This document shows, piece by piece, positions 18,101 through 25,083 of a stretch of 64,000 nucleotides of DNA (the stretch's first letter is position 1; each line of letters begins with the position of its first letter). Under the pieces are notes generated by a model that saw nothing but the letters and a program-made list of their open reading frames with translations, was not told the DNA's origin and made no database searches. Source of the DNA: Candidatus Eiseniibacteriota bacterium (lineage in GTDB: Bacteria; Eisenbacteria; RBG-16-71-46); contig JBGAML010000012.1 of the NCBI GenBank assembly GCA_044223005.1, positions 88,392-152,391 of the forward strand, read 5' to 3'. Made by a program: the position numbers and the translations under genes.

Positions 18101-20173
18101 GAGCCACGCCGCGGCCCGCCCGGGCACGCTCGACTCGGCCAGCTCTGCTGCGGCCCGCGCGATCTCGACGCCGGAGCCCGCCGCCAGAGCGCGCTCGGCC
18201 TCGGCCAGTGCCTCGAGCGAGTCGCCGGCCTCGCGCAGGTGCGCGAAGCGCTCCGCCGGCGAGAGGTCCGGTTCGGCGAGCGCCTCGCGATGCCACGCGC
18301 GGCGCGCGTCGACGGCGAGGGTGGCGACGATCGCGGGCCCCAGCGCCGGCGGCGCGAGCGCGAAGCGGCCGTCCGCGTCGCGCGTCGAGAGTCCCGCGAG
18401 TTGCAGCCCGTGCAGGCCGGAGTCGAGCACCGGGCCACCGGGGGCGCGCAGTTCCGACGCATGCGCGGGTCGCGCCCGCACGGCGAGCGCCAGCGCGGCC
18501 CGGCGCGCGTCTTCCGCCTGCGCCTGCCAGCGCGCGACCAGCGACGCCTCGAACGCGGCCGGCGTCGCGAGCGTGGCGAGCGCCTCCGGGTTCACGTGCG
18601 GACCCTCGTCGGTCTCGGCGAGGGCGCCGCTCTCGGCGGCGATGCGCATCAGCTCGATCATCATGCCCGGGTGCCCCCCCGTGCGTGCCTGAAGGAACGA
18701 CAGCAGTTCGCGCGGCGCGGGCGCGTGCAGCCGCGCCGCGGCGAGCGTCGTCCCCGCGTCCTCGTCGAGCGGCCCGAGTTCCAGCCGCCATGCGACTCCC
18801 GCCTCCACGATGAGCTGGTCGTCCAGGTCGTCCTGTGTGCGACGTCCCGACCACACCCAGCGCACCGCGTCTCCCGCCGGATGGAACGCCGCCCGGCGCA
18901 GCAGGGCGCGCGAGAGCGGATCGAGCCGCTCACGGTCGTCGAGGATCACGAGCGGCGCTGCACTACTCCCGGCGAGTTGCCGGGCCCAGTCGACCGCCGC
19001 GTCCGCGAGCCGCGCCAGGTCGCTCTCGGTGAGCGGGCCGCCGGCGAAGGTCGCGAGCACGGGCCCGGTCACGTCCTCGTCGGCGCCCGACTCGGCGGCG
19101 AGCCGGCGCCAGAGCGAATGCGCGAGCGCGCCGGGCGCGGGGAACTCGGCGCACGAGAAGCGCATGACGCGCCGGCCCGCGAGCGAGGCGCGCACCGCGA
19201 GCTCGCCGAGCAGCGCCGACTTGCCGACGCCGGGATCGCCCTCCACGAGCAGGACGCTGCCGGCGGCACGCGTGGCCTCGAGCCAGCGGTCGATGCGCGC
19301 CAGCTCGCGTTCGCGGCCGACGACGCGCTCGGTGCGCAGCCGGCGCGCGAGCGAGCGCCGCGCCGCGGGCTCGATGCGCTCGAGCTCGGCGCGGACCTCG
19401 CGCGCGTCGCGCGGCCGCTCGGCCGGCGACGGCGCCATGAGCCGCAGCACGAGCCGCGCGAGCGCCGGTGGCGTGCCCGCGTCGTCGAGCGCCACGGCCG
19501 ATGGCGGCGCGCCGGGCTTGCGCCCGGAGCTGCTCGACGAGCGCGTGGAGGGCGCGAACGACACGCGCCCCGCCGCGAGTGCGTAGAGCGTCGCGCCGAG
19601 GCCGAAGAGATCGGAGGCGATCGTGGGCGCGTCGCCGCGCACGACCTCGGGCGCCGCGTAGCCGGGCGTGCCGCGATGGCCCTCGCGCTCGCGGTCGAGC
19701 AGTGCGGCGAGGCCGAAGTCGAGGATGCGCACGCCCGCCGGCAGCGCGTCGGCGTCCTCGCCGGGAACGACGAGCAGGTTGGACGGCTTGAGATCGCCGT
19801 GCAGCACGCCGGCGTCGTGCAGCGCCTCGAGCCCGTGCGCGACCTCGGCCGCGGCGAAGCAGAGCGCGCGCCAGTCGCCGCGGCGCAATCCGCGATCGGC
19901 CGAGACGCCGGGCACGTACTCCATCGTGTAGTACGCGGTGCCGTCGGGCGCGAAGCCCAGCTCGCGCACGCCGACCACGGCGGGATGGCGAACGCGCGCG
20001 AGCAGTTCGAACTCCGTGCGCAAGCCGCTCGTGGGATCGGCGACCACCTTCGGGTGCAGGCGCTTCAGCGCGCACTCCGTGCCGGTGGACAGGTCCAGCG
20101 CGAGGTGCACCGTGCCCATGCCGCCCTGGCCGAGCAGGCGCAGCAGCGCGAACCGTCCCGCGAAGCGTTCCAT
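15092..20173 (-). CDS. Fusion of Ser/Thr kinase, AAA/STAND-like NTPase, TPR, GAF, sigma54-interaction AAA+ and Fis-type HTH domains (transcription regulator)
   Basis: Kinase: GQGGMGTV, ALK, HGDLKPSN, DFG, GTPGYAAPE. NTPase: VGREREL, GDPGVGKS. GAF: LRSILCVP..VGAVYVD. Activator: GENGTGKE, VNCGAI, ESELFG, LFLDEIG, FRQDLYFRL, WPGNVREL. HTH: GNQSQAARDLG. Confidence 0.93.
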   Translation of the reverse strand: MERFAGRFALLRLLGQGGMGTVHLALDLSTGTECALKRLHPKVVADPTSGLRTEFELLARVRHPAVVGVRELGFAPDGTAYYTMEYVPGVSADRGLRRGDWRALCFAAAEVAHGLEALHDAGVLHGDLKPSNLLVVPGEDADALPAGVRILDFGLAALLDREREGHRGTPGYAAPEVVRGDAPTIASDLFGLGATLYALAAGRVSFAPSTRSSSSSGRKPGAPPSAVALDDAGTPPALARLVLRLMAPSPAERPRDAREVRAELERIEPAARRSLARRLRTERVVGRERELARIDRWLEATRAAGSVLLVEGDPGVGKSALLGELAVRASLAGRRVMRFSCAEFPAPGALAHSLWRRLAAESGADEDVTGPVLATFAGGPLTESDLARLADAAVDWARQLAGSSAAPLVILDDRERLDPLSRALLRRAAFHPAGDAVRWVWSGRRTQDDLDDQLIVEAGVAWRLELGPLDEDAGTTLAAARLHAPAPRELLSFLQARTGGHPGMMIELMRIAAESGALAETDEGPHVNPEALATLATPAAFEASLVARWQAQAEDARRAALALAVRARPAHASELRAPGGPVLDSGLHGLQLAGLSTRDADGRFALAPPALGPAIVATLAVDARRAWHREALAEPDLSPAERFAHLREAGDSLEALAEAERALAAGSGVEIARAAAELAESSVPGRAAAWLERAGEMLIEVGHHAEAVPFLERSLEREPGAPERFRRMRRLSVVYLRVGRLAELEPLLARALAEGPDARERSLLECNESARLQAHGRGAEALDLAHRAVASAHEARDDEALGYATLSVGVVVMTMGDRTLAEHHAIRAEEAFARAGITMGRTRALGLRASIAGVGGHLPEAEKRFRQALDVAEGAGLRVVSEELRSNLAVLLTNAGRWSEAAEMFERSLRSSIEDGRAPIVASLLGNLALLDALSGRTTRATRRARAALRLTREHAPRHVPFACRVLATGYRVAGRTREAERAATRALARATRAGIPWEADWSRVEFAKACAQANRWKEAGEVAAHALAQERMGDPIASIVLASISGRAALREREFGVADARLARATTELSERTTPYAAAHVTQLLAERALVQGRWEDGLDNARTALQALDALPAVADRAQAALEFAKLSFAAPAGVDAPVAEWLEEAAGAFERLGDHRGRERALALTVEWLHRTRLPASTVAHERDLLKSVSHLLDSLSDVQALAKRSMQMAVEHLDAERGVLLLQDAKTGKYTPMTEHGAIDAATRDQAASYSHRVVERVHRSGGSLLITDAPTNPDLLSESMVDLGLRSILCVPFFRDGKVVGAVYVDDSRRADAFTPDDRGLLEGFAHLMSVAIERSLGHQEVVRANERLVGENLELRREARARFQPHNFIGTSTAMQRVLAVVERAAQTNATVLITGENGTGKELVARTLHHSGRRHEAPFVAVNCGAIPEGLLESELFGILDDVATGVRRRDGRFVQANGGTLFLDEIGEMPPKQQVALLSVLANREVTPVGGGKPIPVDVRVIAATNCDLRRSVEDGSFRQDLYFRLNVIPIEMPALRARKSDIPQMAQYFIAQIAKQQERAVPQPSPEFIAALMQSDWPGNVRELQAYIERIMAMTPGDTLLPRPLPGDLEEQRTRVRITHGRSLADVMGDIERRLVQEALQRAEGNQSQAARDLGLTEQSLRYRLRKYTLEDARRNRRTRRKQR

Positions 20174-20217
20174 GGGCCCTCCCGCCGCACCCTTGCCGTC
20201 GCGACCGCCACGGCGAT

Positions 20218-20348
20218 TCGCCGAAATCGGCGAATCACCAGCATGCGCCCGAACGCCGGAAAAGCCAAGCGCGCATCGCGTTGACCGATCGGAGTTGCCG
20301 ATTCTGCGTCCCGGAAATCGACGCGAACGCGTTCGCGGAAATCGGCGA
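20218..20348. promoter_or_regulatory. Further copies of TCGCCGAAATCGGCGA upstream of the regulator
   Basis: 20218-20233 is exact, within GATTCGCCGAAATCGGCGAATC. 20333-20348 has 1 mismatch. A weak copy lies at 20309-20324. Confidence 0.65.
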
Positions 20349-20370
20349 GCGAACAGAGTTGCCGGAAACG

Positions 20371-20408
20371 CGACGGGCCTTCCGCCGGATCCGGCGGAAG
20401 GCCCGTCG
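20371..20408. terminator. Perfect 38-bp palindrome, probable terminator or stem-loop of the 20879-20424 gene
   Basis: CGACGGGCCTTCCGCCGGATCCGGCGGAAGGCCCGTCG is its own reverse complement. Confidence 0.6.
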
Positions 20409-20423
20409 TCAGCGTGCGCCCGG

Positions 20424-20879
20424 TCAGGCGGCGCGGGTCGTCGCGGTGAGCACGGCGTGCAGCCGCAGGCGGAGGTTCTGCGCCAGCCAGTCGAGCCGGT
20501 GCTGGAATCCGTCCTCGTTGCCGCCGGTCGTCCACCAGCGCTCGTGCCCGTCGAGCAGCCAGCCGAGCGCGATGCGGCCGCCAGCCTCGGGCAGGTCCTT
20601 GAGCGCAGTCACCGCCGGCAGCTCCTCGAGCGGCACGGCCTCGGCGCTCACGCCCACTTCGCCGGTCAGCCAGCCGCCACTGCGGCGGCGGATCGACACG
20701 TACACGAAGCGGCCGTCTTCACGCACCCAACGCACCCAGCCGAGGTTCACGTCGGCGTGCCAGAACGCGTCGAACTGGCGCGACTCGGGCACCCGCTGCC
20801 GCAGCACGTCACGCACGCGCGCGCCGAACGACGCGCGCGGCTTGCCGCCTTCCTTACGCTGATGAGGGAGCTGGTTCAC
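20424..20879 (-). CDS. Hypothetical protein (Trp-rich, ~151 aa)
   Basis: GTG start with a purine-rich upstream sequence, genome-like codon usage, followed by a hairpin. Confidence 0.6.
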   Translation of the reverse strand: MNQLPHQRKEGGKPRASFGARVRDVLRQRVPESRQFDAFWHADVNLGWVRWVREDGRFVYVSIRRRSGGWLTGEVGVSAEAVPLEELPAVTALKDLPEAGGRIALGWLLDGHERWWTTGGNEDGFQHRLDWLAQNLRLRLHAVLTATTRAA

Positions 20880-21309
20880 GCGGATTTCCGTCCTCTCGCA
20901 GATGGGCAGCGCACCACCCGGGTCTGGAATGGATGCAGGCCGAGATGGAGATGGTCGCGTGCGGGGGGAGAAGCTCGCGCGCCTGCGGGGATTAACGGCA
21001 GGTGGCCCCAGGCGACTGAAGTCCAATCGTTCTCTGGGAGAGCCGCCCGGGGCCGGCGATCGGCCGCAGTGAACCGGCCGCCTGCCCCTCGGGATTGCTG
21101 ACGGCCGCGGCGTGCTCGTGCCACGGTGGCAGGTCCGGGGGCGGGCTCCCGAGAGGCAACGAAAACGCACGATCCGGTCAACTCCGCGCCCCGCAACCTG
21201 ATCCCTGACAGTCCCTTACGGGTGCGCGAACGGCCTTCGGTGGCTCGCTTCGTGCTCCTTGACCATGCAACGACTGCGCATCGTTCGGGGTGGGGTATCG
21301 TGCACCCGA

Positions 21310-21325
21310 CGGCACTTGCAGTGCC
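21310..21325 (+). promoter_or_regulatory. Possible sigma54 promoter (CGGCACTTGCAGTGC) of the arginine/ornithine operon
   Basis: GG-N10-GC about 60 nt before the start codon. The -12 element is imperfect. Confidence 0.35.
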
Positions 21326-21386
21326 GCCCAGGTCGCGCGCGACCACGGCCGCTCCGGACCCGCCCGGTCCTTATCGGAGGCTGGCC

Positions 21387-22760
21387 ATGAACACGCACAA
21401 GACCCGGACGCTCATCATGGGAGCGGCCGGACGCGACTTCCATAACTTCAACCTGTGGTGGAAGCACCGCGACGACGTCGAGGTCGTGTGCTTCACCGCG
21501 ACCCAGATCCCCGACATCGACGGCCGCGTGTACCCGAACGTGCTCGCGGGTCCGAAGTACCCGAACGGGATCCCGATCCACTCCGAGACGCGGCTCGAGG
21601 AACTGATCCGCGAGTACGCGGTGGACCTCGTCACGTTCTCGTACTCCGACGTCTCCTACGCGTACGTGATGCGCCAGGCCGCGCGCGTGAACGCCGCCGG
21701 CGCGCAGTTCGTGCTGCTGGGCGCCGAGCAGACCATGGTGCGCAGCACCAAGCCGGTGATCGCGGTGGGCGCGGTGCGCACGGGCTGCGGCAAGAGCCAG
21801 ACGTCGCGGCGCGTGACCGAGATCCTGAAGCACATGGGGCTCAAGGTCGCGGTGATCCGCCACCCGATGCCCTACGGCGATCTGTCGCAGCAGATCTGCC
21901 AGCGCTTCGCGAGCGTCGCGGACATGGACGCGCACAAGTGCACGATCGAGGAGCGCGAGGAGTACGAGCCGCACGTCGCGATGGGCAACCTGGTGTTCGC
22001 GGGCGTGGACTACGAGCTGATCCTGCGCCGCGCCGAGACGGAAGCGGACGTGATCCTGTGGGACGGCGGCAACAACGACATGCCGTTCTACAAGCCCGAC
22101 CTCAACATCGTCGTCGCCGACCCGCACCGCCCCGGCCACGAACTGTCGTACTACCCGGGCGAGACCAACGTGCGCATGGCCGACCTCGTGATCGTGAACA
22201 AGGTCGACACCGCCGAGCCGGGCAACGTGGCGATCGTGGAAGCGAACGTGCGCTCGATCAATCCGCGCGCGACGATCCTGCGCGCCAACTCCCCCGTCAC
22301 CGTGACGGACCCGTCGCTGGTGAAGGGCAAGCGCGTACTGGTGATCGAGGACGGCCCCACGCTGACGCACGGCGAGATGAAGTACGGCGCCGGGCTCGTG
22401 GCCGCGATGAAGAACCAGGCCGCCGAGATCGTCGATCCGCGCCCCTACGCCCGCGGCTCGATCAAGGCCGTGTTCGAGAAGTACTCGCACCTGACGCAGG
22501 TGCTGCCCGCCATGGGCTACGGCGAGAAGCAGGTGGCCGAGCTCTCCGAGACGATCGCCGCGGTGCCGTGCGACACCGTGCTGGTCGCGACGCCGATCGA
22601 CCTGCAGCACGTGCTGAAGATCGACAAGCCCTCGACGCGCGTCACCTACGAACTCGACGAGCACGACAAGGACGTGCTGCCGAGGGCGATCGGTGCGGCC
22701 ATCGAGCGCCGCCGCCGCGCGGGGCAGGACGCGCCCGAGGTGAGCCATGGCACCCGCTGA
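21387..22760 (+). CDS. arcE: Arginine synthetase-like P-loop NTPase (ArcE; often labelled cyclic 2,3-diphosphoglycerate synthase-like or predicted GTPase)
   Basis: Motifs MGAAGRDFHNFN, FTATQIPDIDGRVYP, P-loop AVRTGCGKSQT, RHPMPYGDL, TIEEREEYEPH, WDGGNND and EDGPTLTHG. Operonic with rocD and OTC. GGAGG RBS. Confidence 0.8.
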   Translation: MNTHKTRTLIMGAAGRDFHNFNLWWKHRDDVEVVCFTATQIPDIDGRVYPNVLAGPKYPNGIPIHSETRLEELIREYAVDLVTFSYSDVSYAYVMRQAARVNAAGAQFVLLGAEQTMVRSTKPVIAVGAVRTGCGKSQTSRRVTEILKHMGLKVAVIRHPMPYGDLSQQICQRFASVADMDAHKCTIEEREEYEPHVAMGNLVFAGVDYELILRRAETEADVILWDGGNNDMPFYKPDLNIVVADPHRPGHELSYYPGETNVRMADLVIVNKVDTAEPGNVAIVEANVRSINPRATILRANSPVTVTDPSLVKGKRVLVIEDGPTLTHGEMKYGAGLVAAMKNQAAEIVDPRPYARGSIKAVFEKYSHLTQVLPAMGYGEKQVAELSETIAAVPCDTVLVATPIDLQHVLKIDKPSTRVTYELDEHDKDVLPRAIGAAIERRRRAGQDAPEVSHGTR

Positions 22761-23973
22761 CGGCGTCACGCTGGCCGGCGAAACCGCGCGCCACGTCGCG
22801 AGGGTCGACGCGCACAGCGCTCGCAACTACGCGCCGCTGCCCGTCGTGATCGCGCGCGGCAAGGGCGCGTGGGTCGAGGACGTGGACGGCCGGCGCTACC
22901 TCGACATGCTGAGCGCGTACTCGGCGCTCAACTTCGGTCACGGGCACGACGAGATCGTGAACGTGTTCGTCGAGCAGGCGCGCCGGCTCGCGCTCACCTC
23001 CCGTGCGTTCCACAACGACCAGTTCGGGCCGTTCGTGGAGGAGATCACGAAGCTCTGCGGCCAGGACATGGTGCTGCCCATGAACACCGGGGCCGAGGCC
23101 GTCGAGACGGCACTCAAGACGGCGCGCAAGTGGGGCGAGAAGGTGAAGGGCGTCCCCGCGGGCCAGGCCGAGATCCTGTGCTGCGAAGGCAACTTCCACG
23201 GGCGCACGATCAGCATCGTCAGCTTCTCGGACGACGCGCAGTACCGCGACGGCTTCGGGCCGTTCACGCCCGGGTTCAAGCTCGTGCCCTACGGTGACCT
23301 CGCCGCGCTCGAGCGGGCGATCGGGCCGAACACGGTCGGCTTCCTGGTGGAACCGATCCAGGGCGAAGGCGGCATCGTCGTGCCGCCGGCCGGCTACCTG
23401 AAGGCCGCGAGCGAACTCTGCCGGAAGCATCGCGTGCTGTTCATGGCCGACGAGATCCAGACCGGCCTCGGGCGTACCGGCCGGCTGTTCGCGTGCGACC
23501 ACGAAGGTGTGAAGCCGGACGTGCTGATCCTCGGCAAGGCGCTCGGTGGCGGCATGATGCCCGTCTCCGCGGTGCTCGCCTCGCGCGAGGTGATGGGCGT
23601 CTTCCAGCCCGGCGACCACGGCAGCACGTTCGGCGGCAATCCGCTGGCGTGCGCGGTGGCGCGCAAGGCGCTGCAGGTGCTCGTGCGCGACCAGCTCGCC
23701 GAGCGCGCGGACCAGGTCGGCGCGGCGTTCATGGAGAAGCTGCGCGCGCTGAACTCGCCGATCGTGAAGGAGGTCCGCGGCAAGGGCCTGCTGATCGGCA
23801 TCGAGCTGGTGAAGGAAGCCGGTCCGGCCAAGGCCTACGCCAAGAAGCTCATGGCCGAAGGCGTGCTGTGCAAGGACACGGTCGAAAGCGTCCTGCGCAT
23901 CGCGCCGCCGCTCGTGATCGAGACGAAGGATCTCGACTGGGCGCTGGAACGGATCGCGAAGGTGCTGCGCTGA
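22747..23973 (+). CDS. rocD: Ornithine--oxo-acid aminotransferase
   Basis: Motifs NYAPLPVV, YLDMLSAYSALNFGH, LTSRAFHND, PMNTGAEAVETA, EPIQGEGG, DEIQTGLGRTG, LGKALGGG and HGSTFGGNPL. Confidence 0.93.
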   Translation: MAPADGVTLAGETARHVARVDAHSARNYAPLPVVIARGKGAWVEDVDGRRYLDMLSAYSALNFGHGHDEIVNVFVEQARRLALTSRAFHNDQFGPFVEEITKLCGQDMVLPMNTGAEAVETALKTARKWGEKVKGVPAGQAEILCCEGNFHGRTISIVSFSDDAQYRDGFGPFTPGFKLVPYGDLAALERAIGPNTVGFLVEPIQGEGGIVVPPAGYLKAASELCRKHRVLFMADEIQTGLGRTGRLFACDHEGVKPDVLILGKALGGGMMPVSAVLASREVMGVFQPGDHGSTFGGNPLACAVARKALQVLVRDQLAERADQVGAAFMEKLRALNSPIVKEVRGKGLLIGIELVKEAGPAKAYAKKLMAEGVLCKDTVESVLRIAPPLVIETKDLDWALERIAKVLR

Positions 23974-23979
23974 TCATCG

Positions 23980-24009
23980 GGGCGCGGGCCGCGAGGCCCG
24001 CGCCCGTTT
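23980..24009 (+). terminator. Intra-operon hairpin (11-bp stem, GCGA tetraloop, short U tract)
   Basis: GGGCGCGGGCC-GCGA-GGCCCGCGCCC-GTTT. Confidence 0.5.
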
Positions 24010-24052
24010 CGCGCCCGGGCTCGAGGCCCGCGAGGCGCCGGGAGCATTCCGC

Positions 24053-25015
24053 ATGTCGACGACGCTCGAAACCCCGCGCGTGCCCGCGAGCGCGCGCATC
24101 CACGCCTACCTGTCCACGAAGGACCTCTCCGCCGCGGCCACGATGGACGTGCTGAACCTCGCGCGCGAGATCAAGGCGCTGCACCGCGCGCGCAAGAACC
24201 CTTCGTACTTCGCCGGCCGAACGCTGGCGATGATCTTCCAGAAGCCCTCGCTGCGGACGCGCGTGTCGTTCGAAGCCGGCATGACCCAGTTGGGCGGCCA
24301 CGCGATCTACCTCGGGCCCGAGGACATCAAGATGGGCGGCCGCGAGACGGTCGAGGACATCGCGATCGTGCTGTCGGGCATGGCCGACCTGATCATGGCG
24401 CGCGTGTTCGGCCACGGGATCGTGGAGGAGCTCGCCAAGTACGCGACCGTGCCCGTGATCAACGGTCTCTCCGACCTCGAGCACCCCTGCCAGTGCCTCG
24501 GCGACCTGCTCACGATCCTCGAGCGCAAGGAGCGGCTCGAGGGCCTGCGCATGGTGTTCGTGGGCGACGGCAACAACGTCGCGAACTCGCTGCTCTACGG
24601 CGGCGCGCTGATGGGCATGCACGTCACCGTGGCGGGCCCGCAGGGCTACGAGCCGCCGGCGGCGCTGCTCGCCGACGCGCAGAAGCTCGCGTCCGCGACG
24701 GGTGCGAAGCTCGAGTGGACGGCGGACGTGAAGGGCGCGTGCCGCGGGGCGGACGTGCTCTACACCGACGTCTGGACGAGCATGGGCCAGGAGGCCGAGA
24801 GCAGGAAGCGGCTCGCCGACTTCCAGGGCTACCAGGTGAACGGCGAGCTCATGGCACTCGCGAAGCCCGACGCGATCGTGCTCCACTGCCTGCCCGCGCA
24901 CTACGGCGAGGAGCTCGACTACGCCACGTCGCGGCTGCCGAACTCGGCGATCTTCCAGCAGGCCGAGAACCGCCTGCATGCGCAGAAGGCGCTCATGGTG
25001 GCGATGGCGGGCTGA
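24053..25015 (+). CDS. argF: Ornithine carbamoyltransferase (probably catabolic, ArcB role)
   Basis: Motifs KPSLRTRVSFE, HPCQ, GDGNNV, DVWTSMGQE, HCLP and QAENRLH. Confidence 0.93.
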   Translation: MSTTLETPRVPASARIHAYLSTKDLSAAATMDVLNLAREIKALHRARKNPSYFAGRTLAMIFQKPSLRTRVSFEAGMTQLGGHAIYLGPEDIKMGGRETVEDIAIVLSGMADLIMARVFGHGIVEELAKYATVPVINGLSDLEHPCQCLGDLLTILERKERLEGLRMVFVGDGNNVANSLLYGGALMGMHVTVAGPQGYEPPAALLADAQKLASATGAKLEWTADVKGACRGADVLYTDVWTSMGQEAESRKRLADFQGYQVNGELMALAKPDAIVLHCLPAHYGEELDYATSRLPNSAIFQQAENRLHAQKALMVAMAG

Positions 25016-25034
25016 CCGCCCCGCGCGAACGACG

Positions 25035-25064
25035 ACGGGCGGCCCACCACGGCGGGCCGCCCGT
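25035..25064. terminator. Hairpin between convergent genes
   Basis: ACGGGCGGCCC-N8-GGGCCGCCCGT. Confidence 0.5.
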
Positions 25065-25083
25065 TCGCGTTCCGGTGTCGGCG

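Noticed and set aside
14996..20284. 1762-aa plus-strand ORF and many other long antisense or alternate-frame ORFs (e.g. 11636-14689, 46656-50852, 50594-53779)
   Set aside because: Shadow ORFs typical of high-GC DNA. They are R/A/G-rich, lack motifs and overlap well-supported genes.
20880..21386. Riboswitch or ncRNA in the 500-bp divergent intergenic region
   Set aside because: No conserved aptamer motif recognisable by eye. An Rfam/Infernal scan would be needed.
21387..22760. Annotation as cyclic 2,3-diphosphoglycerate synthetase
   Set aside because: No 2-phosphoglycerate kinase is adjacent, and the rocD/OTC context and N-terminal motifs fit the ArcE group better.
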